The notes under the pieces are model-generated. The model searched no databases. It was not told the DNA's origin and saw only the letters and a program-made list of their open reading frames with translations. From Abditibacterium sp. (GTDB taxonomy: Bacteria > Armatimonadota > Abditibacteriia > Abditibacteriales > Abditibacteriaceae), in the NCBI GenBank assembly GCA_965199495.1, contig CBDASK010000003.1:3968001-4032000 (forward strand): 64,000 nucleotides of DNA. The letters run 5' to 3'. This document shows, in pieces, positions 1 to 10,339 of the stretch; position 1 is the first letter of the stretch, and every line of letters starts with the position of its first letter. The position numbers and the translations under genes were made by a program.

Positions 1-1275
1 TACGTGACGCGGCCCATCGTGCAAAGCGAGATTCCCAACGCGAGTTTCACGCCGCAGACATTTGGCGATGGTTTGGGCGGGCAAAACGGCGGCGTTGCGC
101 AGGGTTTAATTTATGATAATCCACTGGACGCGCGAATGTCAAAAGGAGAAAGTCGCGCCGTGGCTCCCTCTCCCAGGGTATTTGGGGGGCAGGGCGGCGG
201 TAGCTTTGGCGGCGGTAGCTTTAACGGCCCCGCTGGCCCCGCCGGGCCAATGGGTGCGCGCGACGAGATGTCGCAAATTACCAACATTTCGAGCATCGCG
301 GCGCAGGCCAGCGCCGCCGATGCGGGCGAATTGTTCGTTTACGCGCTCGACCAAAAGCTGACTTTGCCGCACGGCAAAGCGGCGATGGTGCCGATTATTT
401 CGCGCGATGTCGCGGGTGATGCGCTTTCGATTGTCAATAACTTTGGCGGCATCGGCAACCAAGTCGCGCAAAACGGCTTTCGCCTGAAAAACGATTCCGA
501 TTTGCGTTTGAGCGGCGGCCCCATCACGGTTTATCAGGGCGGCATTTACGGCGGCGACGCGCGCTTGGACGGACTTTCGCCGCGCGATTCCAAGCTCATC
601 GCTTATGGCATTGACTTGGATTTGGTCGTCAAGCGCGAAAACGATGAGAACAGCGCGCAGTTGCTGCAAATTATCGCCAACAAAGGCGTGCTGATCCAGC
701 GCTTTCAGAATTTTCTGACGCAAAATTACGCGCTGAAAAACAAAGCCGCCAAAGCCAAAACCGTGTTGCTCCAACAACCAGCCACGTCGGGTTGGGATTT
801 GATTGACGCCAAACAGCGCGACGAGAAATCCACCGAAGGCGACCGTTTCAAAATCGAACTGAAGCCGGGCGAAGCGCGCGATTATCCGATCAAATGGCAG
901 CGCACCACCAGCGAAACCATCGCGATTGGCGATTTCGACTTTGCCAATTTGGATATTTATCTGCGCGACAAGCAAATCGCGCCCGAACTCAAAGCCAAAC
1001 TCGAAATCGTCGGCGCGGCCAAAGCGCGCGTGCAGGATTTGCAACGCCAGATTGACGCGCAAAAAGCCGCGCTCAAAGACATCGGCGAAGATCAGGCGCG
1101 CTTGCGCGAAAACATGAAAGTGCTGGACAAAACCAGCGCTCTCTATCAAACCTATGCCAAAAAGCTGGGCGCACAGGAAGATAAAATCATCGCCATTGAC
1201 GCCGAAATTGATCGTTTGCAGACCGCGCAGAAAACCGCGCAAAGCGCGTTGGACAAAGCGATTGCGGAACTTTAG
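1..1275 (+). CDS. DUF4139-like protein with C-terminal coiled coil (5' end outside window)
   Basis: Frame is open from base 1. GELFVY..LTLPHGKAAMVPI and LSGGPITVY..YGGDA segments resemble DUF4139 proteins; heptad-rich C-terminus. Confidence 0.65.
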   Translation, partial: YVTRPIVQSEIPNASFTPQTFGDGLGGQNGGVAQGLIYDNPLDARMSKGESRAVAPSPRVFGGQGGGSFGGGSFNGPAGPAGPMGARDEMSQITNISSIAAQASAADAGELFVYALDQKLTLPHGKAAMVPIISRDVAGDALSIVNNFGGIGNQVAQNGFRLKNDSDLRLSGGPITVYQGGIYGGDARLDGLSPRDSKLIAYGIDLDLVVKRENDENSAQLLQIIANKGVLIQRFQNFLTQNYALKNKAAKAKTVLLQQPATSGWDLIDAKQRDEKSTEGDRFKIELKPGEARDYPIKWQRTTSETIAIGDFDFANLDIYLRDKQIAPELKAKLEIVGAAKARVQDLQRQIDAQKAALKDIGEDQARLRENMKVLDKTSALYQTYAKKLGAQEDKIIAIDAEIDRLQTAQKTAQSALDKAIAEL

Positions 1276-1282
1276 TATTTGG

Positions 1283-1417
1283 TTGTTCCGTAGAGACAGC
1301 GACCGGGTGCCCTTTGGACGGATGTCTAAAACATAAGGCTTGCTTTAGCGTTATAGAAAATGTAACGTTTTTAGACATCCGCCCAAGGGGCACCCGGTCG
1401 CTGTCTCTACGGAACAA
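1283..1417. repeat. REPIN-like long inverted repeat, family A copy 1
   Basis: ~49-bp arms TTGTTCCGTAGAGACAGCGACCGGGTGCCC..GGATGTCTAAAA and its reverse complement; second copy at 22799-22918. Confidence 0.9.
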
Positions 1418-1491
1418 TCGAGAATCTCTTGCCCATAGCAGCCGCGTCGTCGCAACTTCGCCGTTCGTGTCGCAACGTCGTGCCGTTTAAT

Positions 1492-1660
1492 ATGATGCGT
1501 TATTTATTGTCGGGCATGAAGCGCGGCGATTGCCCGATTTTCTGAGTTTGGTGTGCGATGGCAACAGTTTCAGCAAAGCCTTCGCGCAACAGTTCGGCGC
1601 GAGCGTGCCCGATTTTTATGAGAGTTCGTATCGCGACACCGCGCGCCAATTGAGCGGGGA
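1492..1660 (+). pseudogene. Frameshifted C-terminal remnant of a peptidase MA paralog
   Basis: Restoring one base near 1530 gives MMRYLLSGMKRGDLPDFLSLVCDGNSFSKAFAQQFGASVPDFYESSYRDTARQL, collinear with the end of the next gene ([54 protein letters not shown]). Confidence 0.7.
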
Positions 1661-1757
1661 TGGCTTAAAAAAGGGTTGCAACTCTCTTTCCAAATTTTTG
1701 TCTCTGTTTTGCGAGGATAAGGTTAAAGCCCACTCCGAATTTTTCGGTTAATTACTC

Positions 1758-2909
1758 ATGCGTCGTCTCTGTTTTCTACTTCTGGTATTTTTGATTGGGT
1801 CGGGCGCCGCGCGTGCCCAAACCGATACTTTTTCCCCTGAATTGAAGCCTTTGGCCGAGTTATACGGCAAAGGTTTTAACGATGAATTGGTTTCTAATAT
1901 CAGCGCACGCATTGCAGCCACGGCGCCCGCCGAGCGCCCTCATCCCGATCCACGCCTACTTTATTATCGCGGTTTGGCCTATGCACAAATGGGGTGGCTG
2001 GACGAAGCTAAAGCTGACTTAACGCGCGCGCAAAAAGCGGGTATTTCCAATCTGTGGGGCCAGACCGATGTGAACAAGGAACTGCAATTTCTGGCGCGCC
2101 AGAAAGCGCTGTTGCCACCACATATGGAAGAAGTGCGCGAAGGCGACCGGGTGATTTGCCGGATGTATTACACCGAGATTAACGAGGACACTGCGTTGGT
2201 CAAAGCGACGTTGCGCGATGCTTACCGCATCAACCGCGAGATTTTTGGCACCGATGTTGAGGGGATACCCGTTTACGTCTTTGATGATTTTTCCCAATTT
2301 CTGGCCTTTTATAAGGAGTTGGAAGCGGGCCAAAATCCCGGCAGTTGGGTAGATTGCGTGACCATCGGTGGCAAAAACCTGATCAGTTTGCGCAATGCTC
2401 AGGGCGCTTCGAGGGCCAAGAATAATCCGGGCGAATTCCAAAAAATATTGGTTCACGAGTTCAATCACGCGATGTTTTACCGCCTGATCGGCGCCCGCAA
2501 AGTGCCGGGCTGGTTTACCGAAGGGCTGGCGCAGGTCGCGGGGGCGCGCGAGTATGCAAAGTTCGATGGCGACCAACAAAAAACCTTGAGGCGTATATTC
2601 GCCAACAACGCGCTTTTGTCGTTCGATGAACTTAACGACGAAGCTTCATTCGTTCAACAGGCCGAATCCGGTCTCACACAAAGTCGCGGTCGTGATGCCG
2701 ATTCCGCGCCCGCCCCTTATACGCAGGGTTATAGCATGACGAAATATCTGGTGGATCACGTTTCGCCCGCGCAGTTGCAGAGTTTTCTCAACCGCGTCCG
2801 AGCGTCCGGCGATTTCAAAGCCTCGTTCGACGACGAGTTCGATTTTCCGCTCAAGAAGTTTTACCAATCTTGGGAAATTGATACCGCGAATCAACTCGCA
2901 GTCCAATGA
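1758..2909 (+). CDS. Secreted peptidase MA-family (gluzincin) metallopeptidase with TPR-like segment
   Basis: Signal peptide ending ARA; TPR-like [25 protein letters not shown] zinc motif followed by WFTEGLA. Confidence 0.8.
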   Translation: MRRLCFLLLVFLIGSGAARAQTDTFSPELKPLAELYGKGFNDELVSNISARIAATAPAERPHPDPRLLYYRGLAYAQMGWLDEAKADLTRAQKAGISNLWGQTDVNKELQFLARQKALLPPHMEEVREGDRVICRMYYTEINEDTALVKATLRDAYRINREIFGTDVEGIPVYVFDDFSQFLAFYKELEAGQNPGSWVDCVTIGGKNLISLRNAQGASRAKNNPGEFQKILVHEFNHAMFYRLIGARKVPGWFTEGLAQVAGAREYAKFDGDQQKTLRRIFANNALLSFDELNDEASFVQQAESGLTQSRGRDADSAPAPYTQGYSMTKYLVDHVSPAQLQSFLNRVRASGDFKASFDDEFDFPLKKFYQSWEIDTANQLAVQ

Positions 2910-3094
2910 ACCTTGGGGGACTGCATTTGCGCCATTTAAAGCGTCGAAGTTGCCGCACACTCAACGGTTGTATTGAACTTTCCAAACCTGATAAATCGGT
3001 GTTGCCTCGTTGTTTCTGTATGGCGCGCGCAATTATACAGCAATCGTTGCCAGCCATAACGCGCGAAAACGTAAACTATCGGTCGGTTATTTCC

Positions 3095-4591
3095 ATGAAC
3101 TCCACCGATAATTCCCTTCCCGCGCAGGCCGACGTTTTGCTGATTGGCGCTGGCATTATGAGCGCGACGCTCGCCGTGATGCTACGCCAATTGCAGCCCG
3201 ATTGGACGATTCAGATCATCGAACGTTTGGACGGCGCCGCCGCCGAAAGTTCCGACGCATGGAACAACGCGGGCACCGGCCACGCCGCGTTTTGCGAGCT
3301 GAATTACACGCCCGAAAAAGAAGACGGCCACGTTGACGTCAGCAAAGCCATCGGCATCTGCGAATCGTTCGATGAATCGCGTCAGTTCTGGTCGTATCTG
3401 GTCGAGCAGGGGGTGTTGCCCGATCCGCAAAGTTTCATTCGCCAGACGCCGCATCTGGCGTTCGTGTGGGGTGCCGACAACGTCGAATACCTGCGCAAAC
3501 GCTACGAAGGCATGAAAGCCATCCCGCTTTTTGGCGACATGGAGTGGAGCGAAGACCCGGCCCAATTAAAAGAATGGATGCCTCTGGTGATGGAAGGCCG
3601 CGACCCCAATCAAAAGGTCGCCGCCACGCGTATGAAAATCGGCACCGACGTAAACTTTGGCGCCTTGACGCGCGCGATGATCGAAGATTTGCGCGCGCAA
3701 GACGGCGTGACGCTGGCGTTCAATCAAGCCGTTATCGGTCTGTGCCGCGATGGCGAGACTTGGAAAATTACCATCAAAGATGAAAAACAGGGCACAGTGC
3801 GACAGGTCAACGCCAAATTCGTCTTTATCGGTGCCGGTGGCTATTCGTTGCCCCTACTACTGAAATCGGGCATTCCCGAAAGCAAAGGCTACGGCGGTTT
3901 TCCGGTTTCGGGCCAGTGGCTCAAATGCACCAATCCCGATGTCATCGCCAAACACGGCGCCAAGGTCTATGGCAAAGCCGCCGTCGGCGCGCCGCCGATG
4001 TCAGTTCCGCACCTCGATACGCGCGTGATTGACGGCGAAAAAGCCTTATTGTTTGGCCCGTATGCCGGGTTTTCGACCAAATATTTGAAGAACGGTTCGT
4101 ATCTCGATTTGCCGCTTTCGATTCGGCCCAGCAATATGTTCCCGATGCTTTCGGTTGGGCGCGACAACATTCCTTTAACCAAATATTTGATTGACCAAGT
4201 GCGCCAATCGCCGCAAGATCGGTTGGAAGCGTTGAAGGATTTCTTGCCCGAAGCGAAATTGGAAGATTGGGAACTCGAAGTCGCCGGACAACGCGTGCAG
4301 ATCATCAAAAAAGACCCGAAACGCGGTGGCACTCTGCAGTTTGGGACGGAAGTTGTGAGCGCCGCCGATGGCAGTCTGGCCGCGCTATTGGGCGCCAGTC
4401 CCGGCGCCTCGACGACAGTTTCGATTATGATGACGCTGATGAAAAAATGCTTTCCCGATAAGTTCGCTTCGGACGCGTGGCAAGCGAAAATCAAGCGAAT
4501 GGTGCCCTCGTTCGGACAGAAGTTGGCCGACGATGCCGCTTTGGTGAAAGAAGTTCGCGAGCGGACGGAAAAAGTTTTGGAATTGGGTTGA
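3095..4591 (+). CDS. mqo: Malate:quinone oxidoreductase
   Basis: [58 protein letters not shown] at 3095 preferred as start. Confidence 0.97.
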   Translation: MNSTDNSLPAQADVLLIGAGIMSATLAVMLRQLQPDWTIQIIERLDGAAAESSDAWNNAGTGHAAFCELNYTPEKEDGHVDVSKAIGICESFDESRQFWSYLVEQGVLPDPQSFIRQTPHLAFVWGADNVEYLRKRYEGMKAIPLFGDMEWSEDPAQLKEWMPLVMEGRDPNQKVAATRMKIGTDVNFGALTRAMIEDLRAQDGVTLAFNQAVIGLCRDGETWKITIKDEKQGTVRQVNAKFVFIGAGGYSLPLLLKSGIPESKGYGGFPVSGQWLKCTNPDVIAKHGAKVYGKAAVGAPPMSVPHLDTRVIDGEKALLFGPYAGFSTKYLKNGSYLDLPLSIRPSNMFPMLSVGRDNIPLTKYLIDQVRQSPQDRLEALKDFLPEAKLEDWELEVAGQRVQIIKKDPKRGGTLQFGTEVVSAADGSLAALLGASPGASTTVSIMMTLMKKCFPDKFASDAWQAKIKRMVPSFGQKLADDAALVKEVRERTEKVLELG

Positions 4592-4601
4592 AGTCAACTC
4601 T

Positions 4602-4643
4602 AAAAAAAAGCCCGCTCGATTGCGCAATCGAGCGGGCTTTTTT
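4602..4643. terminator. Bidirectional intrinsic terminator
   Basis: A8-GCCCGCTCGATTG..CAATCGAGCGGGC-T6 between convergent mqo and GH2 genes. Confidence 0.9.
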
Positions 4644-4662
4644 ATTTGTAGCTCCTCGTCAG

Positions 4663-4768
4663 TGGAATTATCATAGTAGCGGGGCTGACGCACCCTTCCA
4701 ATCAATATGCTTTCAAGAAACTCCGCCGATTGGAAGGGTGCGTCAGCCCCGCTACTATGATAATTCCA
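4663..4768. repeat. REPIN-like inverted repeat, family B copy 1
   Basis: Arms TGGAATTATCATAGTAGCGGGGCTGACGCACCCTTCCAATC and its reverse complement; second copy at 30838-30913. Confidence 0.9.
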
Positions 4769-4782
4769 TTGAATCCCATCTT

Positions 4783-7665
4783 CTAACCAACGAGCATTCC
4801 AACGTCAATATATTGGCCGCCTTCGGTTTGGTTGCAATGCACCGCGATGATGTTTTTGCCGGGACGCAGGGCGGCGCGTCCCGCGTCAGTCATCGGCAGA
4901 ATCACGTAATTGGTGGTATATTTATCGGCGCTGGCGGCCAATACGCCGTTGATATAAATTTCCACATTTTCATCGTGCGCGCAGATGAAATCAATTTTAT
5001 CCGGCAGTTTGGCGGGAATGGTGACTTCGCGGCGCATCCAGATGTCGGGCGTAGTCCACGGCGTGCGAATCTTGAAGTTGGGATTGGGATCGATGTCTTT
5101 GCCAAAGCCCGCCATGCCCGCTTTCCAGCCGTTGGTTTTGAAGTCGGGCTTCATCCAATTGTCGGCGGGTTTGCTGGTGCTATAAGACCATTGATTGACC
5201 GCATTGATCGCCGTCGGCAGAATGTCGGGTTTGGGATTGGGCGGTAACGGCAGATAGCGACCCTGCGCCGCCGCCGCCGCGATTTTGAGAATCGGCTTGA
5301 CTTTTTTGCGGTCGTAAGTCATCAAGCCGTTGGTCTCCTGCTCGACATCGGTGAGCTGGGTATAAACGAACGCGCTGGAGCCGCGATTATCGCGCAGGGC
5401 GTTGGCTTTGCGCATCAACTCGCGATACTGGCGCGTCAAGTCCCACGAATTACGCGCCTCGCCATAGTTCATTTTGGCGTCGGTATTCCATGTATGTCCG
5501 GTTTCGACCAAACCGATGCCGCCGAACTCGCCATTGACAACGGCGCGTTTGCCGTCGGGCTTGGGCGCGGCGGGCAGGGGATAACTGTGCCCATCGGAGA
5601 TGTCGCCGCTGCTGGTATCCGTCCAGCCACTCGCTTCATTGATCGGACGGCTGGGGTCGAGTTGATGGGTATAATCCACGATGCTCTGCGTGGCGTGCTG
5701 GCCCCAGCCCTCGTTGAATGTCGTCCAGACGATGACCGAAGGATGGTTCGCCAACTGCTCAACCATGTGCTTGAGTTCGGTTTTGAATTGGCCCGCGATT
5801 TCGGGCGACGGGTCGGTGACGAAGCCCTGCGGCATATCCTGCCACACCAAAAGTCCCAACTGATCGGCGTGATAATACCAACGATCCGGCTCGACTTTGG
5901 CGTGCTTGCGGCACATATTAAAGCCCAGTTTTTTCGTCATCTCGATGTCATATTTCAGAGCGTCATCGGTCGGCGCGGTGTAAAGTCCGTCCGGCCAGTA
6001 ACCTTGGTCTAAAACTCCCCGTTGCATCACGAAGCGGTTGTTGAGCATCAAACGCTTGACGCCATTTTTATCGCTTTGCACGCTGGTTTTGCGCATCGCG
6101 AAATAAGAATCCACGCTATCGCCGGGCGCCCCGTTTTGCAGCAGCGAAACGCGCACGTCGTAAAGTTTGGGCGAGTCGGGCGTCCATAACTTCGGATTTT
6201 TAAGCGTCACCCTGATCGGCTTATCGGAATCGCCCGCGACTTTGGCGAGAGTTTTTCCGCCGTCCAGCACTTCAACCGAAACTTTGCTCGCCAGTCCATC
6301 GCCCGTCAAGGCGCTGATTTCGACGGTTCCGTCATCGATATCGGGCACGATGCGCAGACTTTTGATCGATTTTTCCGGCACCGGTTCCAGCCAGACCGTC
6401 TGCCAGATGCCGGTCGAAGCCGTATAATAAATGCCACCCGATGTCTCGCGTTGCTTGCCCATGATCTGCCCGCCTTTTTCATCCAACGGGTTGGTGACCG
6501 CGACTTCCAACTGGTTTTCGCCGGGTTGGAGCGCGTCGGTGATGTCGAAATCGAAACTGTCGTAGCCACCGCGATGCGTGCCTAAAATTTTGTCGTTGAC
6601 TTTGATTCTGGCTTCCCAGTTGACGGCGCCAAAATGCAAAACCACGCGCCCTTTGCCCCAGTCCGCAGGAACGGTGAAACTGCGCCGATACCATAATTTT
6701 TGGGCGGGAATGCTCTTTTTGGCGACGCCCGAAAGCGCCGATTCGTAAGGATAGGGAACCAAAATTTGCCCATCTTTTTCGGCGGGCGCGCTCTTGGCGT
6801 TTTTCTCGGTTAGCGCATAACTCCACAGACCGTTGAGATTTTGCCATTGTTTGCGCACCATTTGCGGGCGCGGGTATTCGGGCAAAACCGCATCGGGTTT
6901 CACCTTTTGAGTCCAATCGGTCAGGATATAACCGCTCACCGGCTTCCAATCCGCGACGGAAACCGAACTGTTCCCGAAGTCGCTGCCAGCGCCGGTGGCT
7001 GCTCCTCGACCTCGCGTCAACATCCAGCCGCCCACGACCAAAACCGCGAGCGCGCCCAGCGCAAGCGGCAAAATCTGCTTGTTTTTAGGGGGCACAACCA
7101 CAGCCGAACTTGTGGTATTGGCAACGCTTGTTGGCGTAGCGGGCGATGGCGCGGATGGCGTCATCGCAGGCGCAGCAGAAACTTGAGCGACGATTTCCTG
7201 CGGCATAATCTGCGTGGGGATTTCGGCGGCCATGCAGTTTTCGCTCACAGCCACGGCGGGCAACATCGCGATTTCCTCATCGTCAATGGCGCTCAGTCCC
7301 GTCACGATTTTTTCGTGCGTCTGTCGCATTCTCTTAATAAACGTCGGATAAGAGATGGCATCGCTGGCGCCCAAAGCGTGGAGTTGCCACTGGGTATCGT
7401 AGGCTTTGCGCGCCTCGGAATCCAGCAAGATGCGGCGACATTGCGGCAACACCTTTTGCAACAAAAGCTGGTAGTAAAATCGCCGTTTCAACTCGCGATG
7501 ATCCGTATTTTGTTGCGCGCGATCATAAAGCAAATTGATCTGTCTGCGCAAAGTTTGAGGAGCCGCTTCCGGCTCGGCTTCCAACAGGGCGTAAAAATCG
7601 GGCCAACGAGTGAGGGGGGAATGTTCGGTTTCTGCCACGGGTTCAAATCTCCAAAGGTCAATCAA
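4783..7665 (-). CDS. Membrane-anchored glycoside hydrolase family 2 with N-terminal J-domain-like region
   Basis: GH2 motifs PEYPRPQ, LHFGAV, GIWQTVWLE, LDQGYWPDG, GFNMCRKH, WTTFNEGWG (acid/base), NGEFGG (nucleophile); TM helix ILPLALGALAVLVVGGWML. Exact start uncertain. Confidence 0.9.
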   Translation of the reverse strand: MIDLWRFEPVAETEHSPLTRWPDFYALLEAEPEAAPQTLRRQINLLYDRAQQNTDHRELKRRFYYQLLLQKVLPQCRRILLDSEARKAYDTQWQLHALGASDAISYPTFIKRMRQTHEKIVTGLSAIDDEEIAMLPAVAVSENCMAAEIPTQIMPQEIVAQVSAAPAMTPSAPSPATPTSVANTTSSAVVVPPKNKQILPLALGALAVLVVGGWMLTRGRGAATGAGSDFGNSSVSVADWKPVSGYILTDWTQKVKPDAVLPEYPRPQMVRKQWQNLNGLWSYALTEKNAKSAPAEKDGQILVPYPYESALSGVAKKSIPAQKLWYRRSFTVPADWGKGRVVLHFGAVNWEARIKVNDKILGTHRGGYDSFDFDITDALQPGENQLEVAVTNPLDEKGGQIMGKQRETSGGIYYTASTGIWQTVWLEPVPEKSIKSLRIVPDIDDGTVEISALTGDGLASKVSVEVLDGGKTLAKVAGDSDKPIRVTLKNPKLWTPDSPKLYDVRVSLLQNGAPGDSVDSYFAMRKTSVQSDKNGVKRLMLNNRFVMQRGVLDQGYWPDGLYTAPTDDALKYDIEMTKKLGFNMCRKHAKVEPDRWYYHADQLGLLVWQDMPQGFVTDPSPEIAGQFKTELKHMVEQLANHPSVIVWTTFNEGWGQHATQSIVDYTHQLDPSRPINEASGWTDTSSGDISDGHSYPLPAAPKPDGKRAVVNGEFGGIGLVETGHTWNTDAKMNYGEARNSWDLTRQYRELMRKANALRDNRGSSAFVYTQLTDVEQETNGLMTYDRKKVKPILKIAAAAAQGRYLPLPPNPKPDILPTAINAVNQWSYSTSKPADNWMKPDFKTNGWKAGMAGFGKDIDPNPNFKIRTPWTTPDIWMRREVTIPAKLPDKIDFICAHDENVEIYINGVLAASADKYTTNYVILPMTDAGRAALRPGKNIIAVHCNQTEGGQYIDVGMLVG

Positions 7666-7801
7666 AAAATAGAAGGCGTTTCGAGGACACGATGTTTAAT
7701 CGTTAATGCTCTCAAAAATTCAAAACTTTCTATTTCACTAATTTGACCTAACGTGAAAAACCGTGTTTTAGAGCGGTTTTAAACAACAAAAAATCGAGGC
7801 A

Positions 7802-8191
7802 CTAAAGTAGCGTCTCGATTTTTTCTTGCACCGTCTTCGGATAAAACGAGCCGGGCCAACCGCTCCAATCCCACGGGATGTCCAGCACGCCTTCTTTAAG
7901 CGTGAACTCCTGAATATTGGCGACGGTGCCGTTGGAAACACGAATCTGTTTTACGCCTTCTTGCACGGCTTCGACGCCGATGTCGTCAACAGTAATTTTC
8001 TTGAAGATGTCATTGATGACGCGAAAGCATTTTTCTTCGAGATTTTCCAGCGCCTTGATGTCATGCAGGAAACTTTCCCAGATGATTTCGTAGGAAATCT
8101 GATCGCCAGCGATCTTCTGGAGTTCAGCTTCGTAACGGGGCACCACGTTGTCGCGAATGTTAGCGATGGCTCTTTTTTCAATCAATCCCAT
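7802..8191 (-). CDS. Hypothetical protein (129 aa)
   Basis: Intact ATG ORF with protein-like composition; no family recognised. Confidence 0.75.
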   Translation of the reverse strand: MGLIEKRAIANIRDNVVPRYEAELQKIAGDQISYEIIWESFLHDIKALENLEEKCFRVINDIFKKITVDDIGVEAVQEGVKQIRVSNGTVANIQEFTLKEGVLDIPWDWSGWPGSFYPKTVQEKIETLL

Positions 8192-8313
8192 TGGTTTTTA
8201 ATTCCTTGTCCGGTTCGTTTGCGCACGAACCCGCTCGCTCACGAACAATCCCTTTTATTTTAACTGATTTGCCCGCCCTGACGAAATTTGCCGTCCTCTC
8301 CAATTCCGTCCAT

Positions 8314-9210
8314 TCACGCCATCACGCTTTGCAGATAGGTTTCACTGCGTCTCATCATTTCAGTTACGCCCCAATTCGGCAAACCGAACTCGGCCCACGG
8401 ACGATAAAACTCCGGTTCCGGCAGACAAAAATCCAAAATCGAAGCCACGTCCCAATGCGCATGATGCACCCCGCCCGCGATTTCGAGATACGCATCACGA
8501 AACGCGTCGGCACTTTCGACGCCAAACATCAGCGCGAGATTGGTGCGACAATGAGCCACATCCACGCCGCGCGGCCCGATGCAAGCGTTGACCCAATCCA
8601 CCACGCCGCTCACTTTGCCGTTGCGCCACAAAACATTACACGGATGGAAATCGCGATGTATAAACACCGCTTTTTCGTTTGGCGCTCCGGCGCGCCAAAA
8701 CTCAATCGCGCGTTGCCACAATTGCGGTTGCTCCGTCCAATTCGGCACGCGCAAATTTTCTTCGTCTACCCAACTCGTCCAATTCCAGCCGAAATATTTC
8801 GGCTTATGCACATGAATTTTCGCCAAAGTTTGCGCTAATTGTGCGCACCAATCCAATAAATCATCGGGTTGCAGTTCGACGTGGCCGCTTAAACGCGACA
8901 TCAATACAACAGGCGCGCCAAACCCGACTTCGTGAGACGCGACGCAAATTAGTTTAGGCGCAATCACCTCACAATTTTTCGCTTCTTTCATTCCATTCGC
9001 CTCCCGAAACGGCAAATCGGGTTCGCGCCTCAGCCATTGCTCGTCGGTAAAAACACGCAACACGAACTGACGCGATTTCGGTTTATGCGCGTTTGCGATG
9101 GCGTAAACCGCCGACGAATTGGCGCCGGGCAATTCCGAGATTTGCAACGAATCAACGGGAATTTTAGTCTCAAGCGCGAGCCAATCGAGCGCATCATGGT
9201 TGAAAGTCAT
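8314..9210 (-). CDS. APH/choline kinase-family phosphotransferase
   Basis: Brenner motif IHRDFHPCNVL and VVDW. Confidence 0.88.
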   Translation of the reverse strand: MTFNHDALDWLALETKIPVDSLQISELPGANSSAVYAIANAHKPKSRQFVLRVFTDEQWLRREPDLPFREANGMKEAKNCEVIAPKLICVASHEVGFGAPVVLMSRLSGHVELQPDDLLDWCAQLAQTLAKIHVHKPKYFGWNWTSWVDEENLRVPNWTEQPQLWQRAIEFWRAGAPNEKAVFIHRDFHPCNVLWRNGKVSGVVDWVNACIGPRGVDVAHCRTNLALMFGVESADAFRDAYLEIAGGVHHAHWDVASILDFCLPEPEFYRPWAEFGLPNWGVTEMMRRSETYLQSVMA

Positions 9211-9245
9211 GGATAAAAGATTAACATCGGGCGTGCCAAACGATT

Positions 9246-10322
9246 TCAGTTGAGCGAAACTTTCAAGCGTTTCACGCCAGTTTCATCGCCCGCCAACAAT
9301 GTTTGTTTATCCAGCCACGCGACGACGCGCGCGGTTTGCTTGAACTGTCGAACTATCACACCGGTTTTGATTTCGCGAATTTCGATGGAGCCGCTTTTGT
9401 CGTTGGTGCGCAAACCCACTAAAAACCGCGCGTCGGGCGAGAAATCTTGAATCGTAAAAAACGTTCCCCGCTCATCGTCGCTTTTGAAGCGCCGCGTGAG
9501 CTTTGATTTTCGCAGATCATAGGTGAAAATAAAACTGCCCTTATCGCCCGGAATTGTGCCCGCCAACAAACGTCCGTCGCGCGAAAACGCGAACTCGCTC
9601 CAAGTCGAACCTATCGCGATATTGCGCGTTTTCCCGCCCGACAGCGAGTAAATCGTGTAACCATCATAACCCTCAAATCCATCCGAAGTCACGAGCCAGC
9701 GCCCATTGGGCGAAAAGCGGATGGCGGCACTGAGCGATGACCAATCGCCGCCCGGTGGACTCTTTAAATTCGATTTCTTCCATGTCTTGGTATCGTAAAT
9801 TAAAAGGCCCTCCGCCTGCAAAGCCATCGCGATGCTGCGCCCATCGGACGAGTAAGCGAGCGGAGCGCGCGTTTCGTTGTGCGGAGTTTTGCTCTGATGT
9901 AAGAGCTTCCCAGATTTCCAATTCCACACCAAAAATTGGTCTGCACTGCTCGTCATCGCGATGTTCTTTCCATCCGGCGAAAACGCCAGATGACGCACGC
10001 TGCCAGCAACTTTCCAAGTTTTGACCACGCGATTATTGGCACAATCGCGCACCGAGATGCTGCCTTTATCCGGCCATTGCAACAGCCCAATCGCCAACCA
10101 TTTTCGGTCGGGCGAAAACTCGACATCGCGCACATCAAGTCGGGGAGCGACATACGGTTCGGTCTTTGGCTTAGGCGTTGGCTTCATAGCAACGTCTACC
10201 CCTATCGAATTATCTGGCGTCGGCGCGGGCGTAACAGCCACGTCGCCCACTTGCTGGCGCGCACATCCGCCGTTGACGAGTAATATTGAAGCCAATGAGA
10301 AGAGCAGAAAGTTGAGTTTCAT
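9246..10322 (-). CDS. WD40 beta-propeller lipoprotein
   Basis: Lipobox VNGGC; repeated FSPDG/YSSDG/FSRDG units. Confidence 0.85.
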   Translation of the reverse strand: MKLNFLLFSLASILLVNGGCARQQVGDVAVTPAPTPDNSIGVDVAMKPTPKPKTEPYVAPRLDVRDVEFSPDRKWLAIGLLQWPDKGSISVRDCANNRVVKTWKVAGSVRHLAFSPDGKNIAMTSSADQFLVWNWKSGKLLHQSKTPHNETRAPLAYSSDGRSIAMALQAEGLLIYDTKTWKKSNLKSPPGGDWSSLSAAIRFSPNGRWLVTSDGFEGYDGYTIYSLSGGKTRNIAIGSTWSEFAFSRDGRLLAGTIPGDKGSFIFTYDLRKSKLTRRFKSDDERGTFFTIQDFSPDARFLVGLRTNDKSGSIEIREIKTGVIVRQFKQTARVVAWLDKQTLLAGDETGVKRLKVSLN

Positions 10323-10339
10323 GATTATCGAAAGCGCGA

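Noticed and set aside
7746..7800. attC after the 129-aa gene (GTTAGGT on the minus strand)
   Set aside because: No matching AAC R'' box or L-box pair.
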